Positions 1-9,059 of a stretch of DNA of 64,000 nt are shown here, piece by piece (the stretch's first letter is position 1; the number at the start of each line of letters is the position of its first letter). A program made the translations under genes and the position numbers. The notes below the pieces were generated by a model. That model did no database searches. It was not told where the DNA came from and was given only the letters and a program-made list of their open reading frames with translations. Location of the stretch: contig JAZKFH010000032.1 of the NCBI GenBank assembly GCA_040386535.1, forward strand, positions 240,710-304,709. The letters run 5' to 3'. The DNA is from Myxococcota bacterium (GTDB lineage: Bacteria; Myxococcota_A; UBA796; SXON01).

Positions 1-383
1 CGGAGCGCCGGGCCGCGCCCGCCCACGGCCACGCCGCTCATAAGCGCTACGGTGTCGACGTCGGTGACCGCGGGGAACCACGTGGGGCGGTGCCACACGG
101 AGCCGTCGGACAGGTCGTTGTGGACGAGCGCCGCGGGGATCGTGATCGCCGCCGGAGCGAGCAAGGCGCCGCTGACCGAGCCGAGCGCGCCGACCGAGCC
201 GAGCGCGTTGACCGAGCCGAGGTTCAGGGAGCCGGCCTGCAGGGAGCCGGCCTGCAGGGAGCCGGGGGCGGGCAAGCGTGCGACCGGAACCGACGCGTGG
301 AGCACGGGCGTGGCGACGTGAATGGTCAACACCGCGCCTGCGGCGACGATGGCGGTGGAGGCGAGGCGCAGGGCGAGCTTCAC
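1..383 (-). CDS. Partial hypothetical exported protein (5' part only, runs off window start)
   Basis: GTG at 383 opens a stop-free frame: VKLALRLASTAIVAAGAVLTIHVATPVLHA..., a signal-peptide-like N-terminus followed by GSLQA/LGSVxA short repeats. Missing from the ORF track because no stop lies in the window. Confidence 0.55.
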   Translation of the reverse strand, partial: MKLALRLASTAIVAAGAVLTIHVATPVLHASVPVARLPAPGSLQAGSLQAGSLNLGSVNALGSVGALGSVSGALLAPAAITIPAALVHNDLSDGSVWHRPTWFPAVTDVDTVALMSGVAVGGRGPAL

Positions 384-604
384 GGATCGGCCAAAAGGAA
401 AGGGGGTTCGAACAGAAGAACACAGTCCATCTTGGCACGTCAATAGCCAAGCCGACCCGCGGGTCGATTTGTCGACGGGCGACGGCGGAAAGTCCTCGGG
501 CGGAACCCCGGCTGGGGCTGGGGAGAGCGTAGCGTAGCCGGGCGCGCGGCGCTCTGTCCCCTGTCTCGCCCGTTCCCTGGCATCGGCGGAGCCCTTCCGC
601 TACC

Positions 605-2158
605 ATGGCGGCGGGAGGCCTCATGCTCCAGCGACAGCTCCAGTCCCCGGTCCGACGCCGAAAGGGCGGCAGTGACACCGGCGCCCACCCCGAGGGTGGC
701 GACCGCCAGGCGCGCCTGGGGAACGCGGCCGTGCAGGAGCGGAGCCCCGCGGGGAGCACGAGCCAGGCCCCCGAGGTCAGCAACGTCGAGGCGCAGCAGT
801 GGGTGGCCGACGCCAACAGCTTTCCCGACGGGGAGGAGCTGCAGGAGGCCGGCGCCCAGCAGCCGATGCGGCCGACGGCGCTCAAGAAGGGCCAGACCGG
901 CGCGCTGATCGGGACCGAGAGCACCGTCAAGCTGACGCGCAGCTCGGACGGCAAGGGCCGCGCCGCCGCGGAGGTGGCCGACGGATCGCCCGCCAAGGTG
1001 CTCCAGGTGAGCGGCAGCCGCATCAAGGTGTCGGTGCGCGACGGCGAGAAGAACGTCGAGGGCTGGGTAGACGGCGCCGTGTTCTCCGACCAGCCGACGC
1101 TCACGCGCGACGAGGACGACAACAAGCTGGCGGACGACTTCGTGTACAGCAAGGTCGAGGGCGACCACTCCCCGGTGGACCCGAAGGGCAAGGACACCGC
1201 CCAGGGCGCCGCGGGCGACTGCTTCCTCATCGCGTCGATGGCCGCCGTGGCGAACGCCTCGCCGGGCGCCATCAAGGACATGGTCAAGTACGACGCGAAG
1301 AAGGGAACGTACACGGTGCGCTTCTACGAGGAGCAGGGCCGAGGCGCGTCCAAGCCCGTGTACATCGAGGTCGACGGCTACCTCCCCACCGAGAAGGGCA
1401 ACCGCAAGGACCCCAGCTACGCGGGCGACGAGGGCGGCGTGATGTGGTCGGCCATCATCGAGAAGGCCTACGCCAAGTGGAAGGGCGGCTACGACGTGAT
1501 CGGCGAGGGCGGCACCGGCGAGGAGGCCATGGCCGAGCTGACCGGCGTGCGGTCGGTGAACAAGCGGCCGTCGAGCATGAAGGCGGACGAGGTGATCCCC
1601 TTCTTCACGCAGGCGCAGAAGGATGGGAAGGCCATCTACGCGGGCGTGAAGGACGCGGGGAAGTCGGCGGTGCAGAAGCCTTTCTCGGGCACGGGGGACG
1701 GGCCGTTCACCGGCGCGTTGACCCACACCCACCGGTGGAACGAGATCCACCCCGGCTCGATCGAGATCACCGACACCAAGGGCGCCGCGGGCGACGTGTA
1801 CGACAGCGGCAGCCACGGCGACAAGACCGGGAAGCTCTCCGGGACGGGGCTCAAGAGCGGCCTCGTGAACTACAAGGGCGACGACAAGGACAAGCTCGAG
1901 CTGGCCTTCAGCCGGGGCAAGGGCCCGGCGGCGGCGGCGGACCTCGAGGTGGCGTTCGACTACGAGGGCGTGCTGGATGTGGCGAAGACCATCATCGGCA
2001 ACCACGCCTACGCGTTCGAGGCCGTGGTCGGCGAGGAGCTCCAGTTCTACAACCCCTGGGGCACCTACCAGCCGAAGCCGATCACGCCCGGCGAGTTCCT
2101 CACCCACTTCGACAGCTTGACGACCAACACCCCGCCGTCGACCAAGACGCAGGGTTGA
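605..2158 (+). CDS. Calpain-like (peptidase C2) cysteine protease with N-terminal SH3-like domain
   Basis: QGAAGDCFLIA (catalytic Cys at 1220), WSAIIEKAYAK, NHAYA (His) and YNPWG (Asn). SH3b-like stretch ending in EGWV. True start may be ATG 623 (GGAGG at 614-618). Confidence 0.9.
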   Translation: MAAGGLMLQRQLQSPVRRRKGGSDTGAHPEGGDRQARLGNAAVQERSPAGSTSQAPEVSNVEAQQWVADANSFPDGEELQEAGAQQPMRPTALKKGQTGALIGTESTVKLTRSSDGKGRAAAEVADGSPAKVLQVSGSRIKVSVRDGEKNVEGWVDGAVFSDQPTLTRDEDDNKLADDFVYSKVEGDHSPVDPKGKDTAQGAAGDCFLIASMAAVANASPGAIKDMVKYDAKKGTYTVRFYEEQGRGASKPVYIEVDGYLPTEKGNRKDPSYAGDEGGVMWSAIIEKAYAKWKGGYDVIGEGGTGEEAMAELTGVRSVNKRPSSMKADEVIPFFTQAQKDGKAIYAGVKDAGKSAVQKPFSGTGDGPFTGALTHTHRWNEIHPGSIEITDTKGAAGDVYDSGSHGDKTGKLSGTGLKSGLVNYKGDDKDKLELAFSRGKGPAAAADLEVAFDYEGVLDVAKTIIGNHAYAFEAVVGEELQFYNPWGTYQPKPITPGEFLTHFDSLTTNTPPSTKTQG

Positions 2159-2187
2159 CTCTCCCAGATCTACCCGTGGAGGCGCCA

Positions 2188-2862
2188 ATGGCGGAGTGTA
2201 CGGCCCGGATCGAAGCGGGCCAGCCGCTCGCCGAGGCGCTGGCGGCCGGTGGTGTGGTGTGTCTCGGGCCGGGCGTGCATGCCGGCCCCCTGGCGCCGAC
2301 CGTGAGCGTGACCTTGCGCGGCGAGGCCGGCGCGGTGATCGACGCGAAGGGCAAGGGCCCCGTCGTGGCGGTGCAGGACGACGATCTCGTGGTGCGCATC
2401 GAGGCGCTGACGCTCCGAGGCGGCGCCGGCGAGGCCGGGGGCGGCGTGTCGTTGACCGCCTACTCCGAGGTGGTGCTGGTGGACTGCACGGTCGAGGACA
2501 ACGCCTCGCGCGCGCTCGGCGCGGGGAAGGGCGGCGGGAAGAGCGGGGGCGGCGGCGTGTATGCCAACCGAGGCACCGTGCGCGTGCAGGGCGGCGAGTT
2601 TCGTCGCAATCGTGCATCGCTCGGAAGCGACCTGTTCGTGACCGGCGTGGCCGAGCTGTTCGTGGTCGGCGGGCACCTGGGCGGCGACGTGGCCGCGCGC
2701 GAGGGGGCCAAGGTGGCGATGGAGGGCGTGAAGGCCGACGGCGTGCTCGACGTCCGAGGGACGACCACCCGTGCCCCGACCGTGTCGGTGAAGGGCGGCC
2801 ACCTGCGCGGTGGTGTGAAGAATGACCCGGCCCTTCCGGCCCAGGTGGAGATCCTCCCATGA
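2188..2862 (+). CDS. Right-handed parallel beta-helix (pectin-lyase-like) protein
   Basis: 3' part of ORF 799..2862. GGAGG at 2178-2182 then ATG. LGPGVH...VTLRG...VIDA and GGG(V) / NxA repeats typical of beta-helix proteins. Confidence 0.7.
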   Translation: MAECTARIEAGQPLAEALAAGGVVCLGPGVHAGPLAPTVSVTLRGEAGAVIDAKGKGPVVAVQDDDLVVRIEALTLRGGAGEAGGGVSLTAYSEVVLVDCTVEDNASRALGAGKGGGKSGGGGVYANRGTVRVQGGEFRRNRASLGSDLFVTGVAELFVVGGHLGGDVAAREGAKVAMEGVKADGVLDVRGTTTRAPTVSVKGGHLRGGVKNDPALPAQVEILP

Positions 2863-3965
2863 TGTTCCCGTTGCTCCTCGCTTGTGTCCGACCGGGCGCC
2901 GAGGACACCGACACGCCCGGCCCCGGCTCGGACGTCGTCACCTCGACCACGTACGAGGCGACCACCGACCGCGACGGCTACCTCACCATCCCGGTCGAGG
3001 TGACCGACGGCGCCGGCGTGTTCCAGGTCGTCGCCAAGCGCGGCCGCGGCATGCTCTCGACCGAGTATCTCTACGATCCTGAAGAGGAGCTGATCCTGGA
3101 CTGGGAGGACTGGTACGACTCTAGCTTCTCGCTCACCGAGAGCTTCTTCCCCACCGAGTTCGCGACGACGTTCAACTGGCCCGTCCGCGCGGAGGACGGC
3201 CCCCTGGCCGAGGGTACCTACGAGGTGGTCATCTCCACCCTCGACGCCCAGGGCTACTACGCGGGCGGCGAGCGGGTGCAGGTCGAGGTGCTCACGCGCC
3301 GGGTGCCCGAGGCGGCACGCACGCTCCGGGCCGTCATCGCCTACGCGGACGGCGTGCGCGACGAGGCCGGCGTGGTCGAGGGCGTAGAGGCCTCCGCCGA
3401 CTACTGGGTGGAGCTGTACGCGGCGGTCGGGATCACGCTGGAGGTCTCGTATGCGGACATCGACGTGGATGCGCAGCTGCCCGACACCTACGAGGGGCTC
3501 TCGGAGGTGGCTGAGTTTCAGGAGGGGAGGGACGAGCGGAGCGTCTTGATGGTCGTCGGCGAGCGCATCGCGGACGATCGCTGGTTGTACGGCGAGGCCG
3601 GCGGCATCCCCGGCCCCTACGCCGCGGCGGATCACGGCGCCGTCTTCGTGTCCTGGCTCGCCAACGCGGGCGCGGACGGCGAGTTCCAGGAGGCCGACGT
3701 CCTCTTGTTTGGCGAGACCATGGCGCACGAGGTGGGGCACTACCTGGGCCTTTTCCACCCGGTCGAGGACGGGTTCGAGTACTGGGACGCGGTGTCGGAC
3801 ACGGAAGACTGCGCGTCGACCGGGGCGTGCGAGCGGGACCTGGGCGCCAACCTCATGTTCCCCTACCCCGTGTGCACGAGCGCCAGCGTCGGGTCGTGCG
3901 TGCGGCAGGACACCCTCACCGGCGGCCAGGCCGGGGTGTTGAGCGGGTGGGTGGGGGTCGAATGA
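2859..3965 (+). CDS. Lipoprotein zinc metalloprotease, metzincin (M43/pappalysin-like)
   Basis: Lipobox LLLAC, HEVGHYLGLFH zinc motif, Met-turn NLMFPY. ATGA overlap with the upstream gene. Confidence 0.85.
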   Translation: MMFPLLLACVRPGAEDTDTPGPGSDVVTSTTYEATTDRDGYLTIPVEVTDGAGVFQVVAKRGRGMLSTEYLYDPEEELILDWEDWYDSSFSLTESFFPTEFATTFNWPVRAEDGPLAEGTYEVVISTLDAQGYYAGGERVQVEVLTRRVPEAARTLRAVIAYADGVRDEAGVVEGVEASADYWVELYAAVGITLEVSYADIDVDAQLPDTYEGLSEVAEFQEGRDERSVLMVVGERIADDRWLYGEAGGIPGPYAAADHGAVFVSWLANAGADGEFQEADVLLFGETMAHEVGHYLGLFHPVEDGFEYWDAVSDTEDCASTGACERDLGANLMFPYPVCTSASVGSCVRQDTLTGGQAGVLSGWVGVE

Positions 3966-3978
3966 TGTGGAGGGTGCA

Positions 3979-4404
3979 ATGTTGATCGCGCTGGTCGGGA
4001 TGGCGTTCGCGGGTGGCGCTTACGACGTGCTGAAGCTTCGGGACGGGGGATCGTGCTTGGAGTTGGGGACCGGGCCTGCGGTGCGGGACGAGCTCATCGC
4101 GCTCGCGGAGGGCGACGTGTTGCCCTACGTGTCGATTCGGGCGGCGGACTGCCTGGTTGCCGGATTTTCGGGGGATGCGGTGGTGGTCGACGCTGCGGCG
4201 CGCTGGGTGGCTGATCCTGGGCTCTCAGGACTGGGCATCGTGGTCGCTGGGTCTGTGGACTCGTTTTCGGTTTCGGATGGGGTCGTGCTTGCGCAGGCGG
4301 CGCTGGGGGGGGATGACCCCGGGATGCGCGCTCGGATGATCCGGCGTTTTGCGCGGAGTGAGCGAATCGAGGTTCGGAAAGTGGTTGACGGGGTGAAGCC
4401 GTAG
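3979..4404 (+). CDS. Hypothetical exported helical protein
   Basis: GGAGG upstream, MLIALVGMAFA signal-like start, directly downstream of the protease. Confidence 0.6.
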   Translation: MLIALVGMAFAGGAYDVLKLRDGGSCLELGTGPAVRDELIALAEGDVLPYVSIRAADCLVAGFSGDAVVVDAAARWVADPGLSGLGIVVAGSVDSFSVSDGVVLAQAALGGDDPGMRARMIRRFARSERIEVRKVVDGVKP

Positions 4405-4423
4405 GGGTACATGGCTCCCGCAT

Positions 4424-4500
4424 TCCCGCTTAGCTCAGTTGGTTAGAGCATCGGACTGTTAATCCGGGGGTCGGTGGTTCAAGTCCACCAGCGGGAGCCA
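4424..4500 (+). tRNA. tRNA-Asn (GTT)
   Basis: Acceptor TCCCGCT/AGCGGGA, D-arm GCTC..GAGC, anticodon arm TCGGA-CTGTTAA-TCCGG, T-loop GGTTCAAGTCC, encoded CCA. Confidence 0.97.
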
Positions 4501-4547
4501 TCTTTCCAAATCGAACAGTTATCAGCCTTCCACCGTATTTGTTCAAT

Positions 4548-4573
4548 TCAAGCAGCACCCGACCGCTGCTTGA
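4548..4573. repeat. 9-bp inverted repeat downstream of tRNA (possible terminator or recombination-site element)
   Basis: TCAAGCAGC-acccgacc-GCTGCTTGA, with no clear U-tract. Confidence 0.55.
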
Positions 4574-4714
4574 TCGGAAGCACGGAAATCCCGACGGGCG
4601 GCAGGGCAAAGCTCGATTCTCCCGGGTTCGAACACACCCCATCCGGTAAGGAGTCGCGCGCCCCGAACTCGGGCGATAGGCCGCCTCGGTCGCTCCCTTC
4701 CCCGGCATCCAGGA

Positions 4715-5090
4715 CCGGACGCGCCTGGCGATCATCAACGGTGCCCACGATGCGCCGACGTGCTCGCCTGCGAGACAGCCCTCGAGGAGAGCTTCGACCA
4801 CGTCCTACACGTCGGGCACTTCGGGATCTGGCCGCCCCCGAGCGCCTTGACCGTGCGACCCGAGCCCATAACGGCGCCGGCGACTTCCCGCGCTGGTCCG
4901 CCGCCCGCACGTCCGCGCCCCGCCCCACGCTTTCAGCTCCGGGAACCACGAGGACTTCAGTTCCTGGCAAGCCTCCGGGAGGACGAGGCGCTGCCACTCT
5001 CCAGCCGCCCCCATCAGGAGCGCGTCGATATCGACGTGTCAGCGGTGCGGTCGGTCTCAACGCGGTCAGCCGCCCTGGGAACGTCGTCGC
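4715..5090 (+). pseudogene. Frameshifted calcineurin-like metallophosphoesterase remnant
   Basis: Motif pieces in different frames: FDHVLHVG(H)FGIWP, ERLDRATRAHNGAGDFPRW...APRPTL, GNHEDF. Boundaries approximate. Confidence 0.65.
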
Positions 5091-5470
5091 GTCCGACCCG
5101 CCGGAGCTTCCGGGACGCCGTCCGCCAGCGTCTCCGGACACCACGGCAACCGCCACGCAGCCCGCGGGGGGCATAATGCCCTCATGCCCTCCCGGTTGCC
5201 CTGCACACACCCACAGGCCGACAAGGCAGAGTTCTACCGCGAAGTCCTGGCGACGTTCCGAGACGGCGGTTCGCGCCTACAAACCCACCTGGTCCAGCCG
5301 CGGTGGTGAGGCAGCTCCCCCGCGCCTGCGGCCAGACCGTAGGCTGCGCCGTCTCCCTTGAGAATCTCGCCTTTCTCGGCGTCATCGCCACACCGTCGCG
5401 ATGCGAAGTACCACCGCGTGGAGTAGGCGTCGCGGGAGCGGTCATCCCGCGATCCGCGCGACGGAGCACG

Positions 5471-7063
5471 GTGTTCCTCCTCGGCGCGCTGCTCCTCGCC
5501 GGGCCCGGCTGTCCGCACCCCGCGCCCCCCGACACCGCGCCGCACACTCCCTCAGCCGGGCTCGGCCCACCCGACGCCTTCGGCGTCCGCGCCCGGCCCG
5601 ACAACGTGCTCGTGCCGCGGGCCTCGCTCGTGCACAGACAGGGGCCGGACACCTTCCTCCTCGTCGACGGTGCGCTCTGGCTCCATCGCGACCGGACGGG
5701 CCTCCTCGGCGCGATGGGCCTCCGGCGGGGCGATACCCTCCTCACCTGCGCCGGCGAGGAGGTTGCCGACGTCCTGGCGGCCGACGCCTGCTTCGCCCGC
5801 TTCTTCACCGACGACGCGGTGCGGCTCCAAGTGCAGCGCAACGCCACGCCGCGCACCCTTTACCTCGTCTTCGACGGGCCGCCGATCCCCGCGCCGCGCC
5901 GCGCGCTCGCCGCGCTCGACACCGAGCCGGTGCCCATTGTCGAGCGTCCGCCCGACCGGGAAAGCCTCGCGGTCGCCTACGGTCTCGTCCGCGCCGGCAC
6001 CAGCGCCCGCATGCCCCGCGGGGCGCTCGTCCGGCTCCTCGACGACGGCGTCCACGTTCGGCCCCTCCGCGCCGAGGGCGCCATCGTGGCCTACGAGGTC
6101 GAGAGCCCCGTCCTCGCCGCGCTGGGTTGGACGGGCGCGACGTCGCGCGTGGACGAGCTGGCACTCACCTCCGACGAAGCCGTGGCCGACGCGCTCGCAC
6201 GACTGTTCTCGGCGGACCGGGTGCTCGTCACCCCGACGGACGGGGGTGCGCCGCTGACGATCACCCTCGAGGGCTCGCCCACTGCCCCCCCGGCGCTCTG
6301 GAAACCCCGCGTCGTGGTGGACGCCCGGGAACGACGGAGCCGCGACGGCGTGCGGATCGACGGGGCGCACAGATACGTGCCGCGCGCGGCGCTTACGTCC
6401 CTCGACGCGATCGCGCGCGACGAATCGCCCCGCCGGGGCGGCCCTCCCGAGGACGTGCCCGGACCGGTCACGGTGTACCGCGCGCTCGGCGGGACCGTGG
6501 CCGACCTCCTCGACCTCCCCTGGGACGCGCCCCTGGAGCGGATGGACGGAGTGGCGGTGTACGGCGCCACGAGCCTCACGGCGCTCCGTCGTCGGCTGCT
6601 CACCGGCGCGGAGGTCAGTATAGAGCTCGGCGGGGCCACGCCGAAGCGCGTGCTCGTCCATGTGGAGGGCGAGCCGGTTGTCCTCCCCGACGACTGGCCC
6701 GCCCGCCGCCGCGGTGCGCCCGAGCTCGCCCCGGACCCGCTCGACGAACACTTCGTCCGTGACGGGGACACGGTGCGAACGAGCCGCCTCGCGCTCCGGA
6801 GCGTGTTCTCGGACCCCTTGTCCGGCCACCCGCACCAGGACGGCGTCCGCCTTGCTCCCAACGTGCTCTGGGGCGCGCTGGACGTGCCTATCCCCGCGGT
6901 CCTGACGGCGGTGGACGGCACTCCTGCGACGGACCCCACAGCCCTCGAGGACCTCGGCACGCGCCTCTGCACGGCGCCGCGGGTCACCCTGACCCTCGTC
7001 GTCCGCGGCGAGGTGTTCCAGCGTGTCGTGGTGATCGACGGCCCGCCAGCGACGCCGCCGTGA
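5471..7063 (+). CDS. Putative lipoprotein with four tandem degenerate PDZ-like (GspC C-terminal-like) repeats
   Basis: GGAG then GTG 5471. Hydrophobic leader ending GPGC. Four units of about 120 aa, each with xPRxxL...LG/LD...[DE]GxP; the first has GLRRGDTLLTCAGEEV. Start uncertain (ORF open from 5303). Confidence 0.6.
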   Translation: MFLLGALLLAGPGCPHPAPPDTAPHTPSAGLGPPDAFGVRARPDNVLVPRASLVHRQGPDTFLLVDGALWLHRDRTGLLGAMGLRRGDTLLTCAGEEVADVLAADACFARFFTDDAVRLQVQRNATPRTLYLVFDGPPIPAPRRALAALDTEPVPIVERPPDRESLAVAYGLVRAGTSARMPRGALVRLLDDGVHVRPLRAEGAIVAYEVESPVLAALGWTGATSRVDELALTSDEAVADALARLFSADRVLVTPTDGGAPLTITLEGSPTAPPALWKPRVVVDARERRSRDGVRIDGAHRYVPRAALTSLDAIARDESPRRGGPPEDVPGPVTVYRALGGTVADLLDLPWDAPLERMDGVAVYGATSLTALRRRLLTGAEVSIELGGATPKRVLVHVEGEPVVLPDDWPARRRGAPELAPDPLDEHFVRDGDTVRTSRLALRSVFSDPLSGHPHQDGVRLAPNVLWGALDVPIPAVLTAVDGTPATDPTALEDLGTRLCTAPRVTLTLVVRGEVFQRVVVIDGPPATPP

Positions 7064-7527
7064 AGGGATCCGGTCCCCGGGGCGTGGGCTGCTACCTCGT
7101 CTGGCGGAGAGGCCCCCTCGCGCTCCGGATCCTGGCCTCCACGCTGGGCGCGGTCGCGGCAGGCCTCGTGGCCGCGCGCCTGCTTCAGCCCCTCTCGCTA
7201 CGACTGACCCTCGCGGGGTTGGCGGTCCTCGCCATCGCGACCACCGCGGCCCTCTGGCGCGCCTGGCGACACGCGCGCACCACCGTCCGTGCCGTGGTCG
7301 GCCCCGCGGGGCTCTCGCTCGAGCCGGTGCGCGGCGGCCCGCCGTACACTTGGCGATGGGGCGAGGTGCGACTCGTCCGCACGCGTGACGACGACGACGG
7401 CACCCTCACCCTGACGGCCACACGAACCGGCACGTTGCTCCTGAGCCACGACGGCACCACGCCCCTCGACGTGCTCGTTCAGGCCATCCGCGCGCACGGA
7501 GGGCATGTGGAGGAGGATCTCAGTTGA
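7060..7527 (+). CDS. Hypothetical membrane protein (2 TM plus small beta domain)
   Basis: GTGA overlap with the previous gene, two hydrophobic helices, then a WxWxEV-type motif reminiscent of bacterial PH-like domains. Confidence 0.55.
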   Translation: MKGSGPRGVGCYLVWRRGPLALRILASTLGAVAAGLVAARLLQPLSLRLTLAGLAVLAIATTAALWRAWRHARTTVRAVVGPAGLSLEPVRGGPPYTWRWGEVRLVRTRDDDDGTLTLTATRTGTLLLSHDGTTPLDVLVQAIRAHGGHVEEDLS

Positions 7528-8716
7528 ACGGCGCGTAGAAATCCGGCGCGGCGGCACCAGCCCCCGCGATCGTCGCCTCCGCCGCGGTCATCTGCGCGTC
7601 CACCGTGGCGGCGGCAGCGGCGAACTTGGCGAGCCCCTCCGCCTGAGCGGCGATCGCCTCCTTGTTTTCCTGGTAGAACGCCATGTCCGCTCCGTACTGG
7701 TCACGCACGGCGCGGGCGTGCTCCGCGAGATCCACCATGAGCGCGTAGTCCTTTACAGTCGGTCCCAGGTCCACGATGAGCTGGCACGTGTTCACCAGCA
7801 TGGCGAGCTCGCCCCAAGCCATCGCGAACGGGTCGGTCCCCGCGAGCAGCCGCGTGTACTCGCTGACGGCCGCAAACCCGACCGACTTCACGGCCTTCAC
7901 GGTCGCCCACGGGCTCTTGGGCTCGGTCGTGACGGCGAGCAGTGCGTTGCCCAGGGTCCATACCCGCTTCAGATTGCCCTTCGCCTTCAGCGTCTTGTCC
8001 AGCGGGCCCATCAGCATCGACGCGGACTGCTTGAGGACCGCATTGCGGTTGGCCTCGAAGCTCTCCTTTCGGTCCTCGAACAAAGTACAGAGGAGCTCGA
8101 GCTGGCGGTATCCCGACTCGGAACGAATCCGGAGCCCGTCCAGCGCCCCGGCGCCAATCTGGGCGAACACCGCCAGCCCCGCCAGCAGCGGCTCCACCGA
8201 CTTTGCGTCCAGGAGCTGCTCCACCGCCGTAAGCACTTCGATCGCGGCCTCCGCGCGCCCCTGCACCACGAGGACCTGCACTTCCAGTAACGCCGACCAG
8301 GTGAGCTCCCCGCTCTCGTCCCGCTCGGCGGAGGCCAGGAGCGCGACCCCCTTGTCGTTGAGGAGCCCGTTGAGGTTCAGGGCACCATCCGCGTGCCGAC
8401 AGTAGGTCGCCTCCAGTTCGGGATCGCGGAGCTCCGAGAGGCGCGCGGCGACCCTCCCCACGTGCCGCGTGATGTCCGACATCAGCGCGTCGACGTCTTC
8501 CTGCGCACCCTCTCCGAGCACCTCGTCCAAGGTGACGTCGAGCCCGCACGCCTCGTCGCCAAGGGCGCAGTCGGGGGGAGCCGCAGGGAGCCGCCCCTGC
8601 ATCACCTGGTTCGAGCGCGCCGCCGACGCGCGCTGTGGAGCGGCCGCCTCCTGCCCCACCGACGCCTCGACGGCGGGCGCCACGGCGGCTCCCCGCGGCG
8701 CGTACGATCGACCCAT
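7520..8716 (-). CDS. Hypothetical alpha-helical protein, possible effector/toxin carrier
   Basis: 398-aa ORF with GGAAGG upstream, low-complexity leader containing RSNQVMQGRL, amphipathic helical body, no Sec signal. Confidence 0.7.
   Translation of the reverse strand: MGRSYAPRGAAVAPAVEASVGQEAAAPQRASAARSNQVMQGRLPAAPPDCALGDEACGLDVTLDEVLGEGAQEDVDALMSDITRHVGRVAARLSELRDPELEATYCRHADGALNLNGLLNDKGVALLASAERDESGELTWSALLEVQVLVVQGRAEAAIEVLTAVEQLLDAKSVEPLLAGLAVFAQIGAGALDGLRIRSESGYRQLELLCTLFEDRKESFEANRNAVLKQSASMLMGPLDKTLKAKGNLKRVWTLGNALLAVTTEPKSPWATVKAVKSVGFAAVSEYTRLLAGTDPFAMAWGELAMLVNTCQLIVDLGPTVKDYALMVDLAEHARAVRDQYGADMAFYQENKEAIAAQAEGLAKFAAAAATVDAQMTAAEATIAGAGAAAPDFYAPFN
8115..8144. repeat. 30-bp direct repeat, copy 1
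   Basis: GACTCGGAACGAATCCGGAGCCCGTCCAGC, identical to 12046-12075. Confidence 0.95.
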
Positions 8717-9059
8717 TCATCACCTTCCACTTGGTTGGATCCCCATCCTACCAGACGCGCAATCGCAACACCTGCACTCGCGACGATTTAGAGGGACGCG
8801 GGGTCTCCACCCTGGTGGAGGCCCCGGCTTGACCTGGCTCCTCGCGCAAGCTCCGCCCGCAGAAGTGCACGCGCCAGCACCGGACGTGCCCGAGGCGGTG
8901 AAGGTGTCCCGCTCATTCCCTTCTACTCGCAGGCAGCGCCCGCCCGACAGGAGGGCGGCAGGCCTTCACGTCCCGGTAGTCGACCCAAAGCGCAACTTCA
9001 ACAGGCTTCTTGCGAGTTCGAGCGCGCCGCTCATTCGCGGTGACTGGGCCCTCCGCCCC

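Noticed and set aside
440..2965. 841-aa minus-strand ORF
   Set aside because: Antisense shadow of the calpain and beta-helix genes; Arg/Pro-rich with no motifs, as expected in high-GC DNA.
4385..4413. Sigma70 promoter for the tRNA
   Set aside because: Good -35 (TTGACG) but the -10 at 17-nt spacing (TACATG) is weak, so it is not listed as a feature.
8960..9035. Minus-strand fragment GALELARSLLKLRFG resembling an Rpn/DUF4351 tail
   Set aside because: Too short to support a call.
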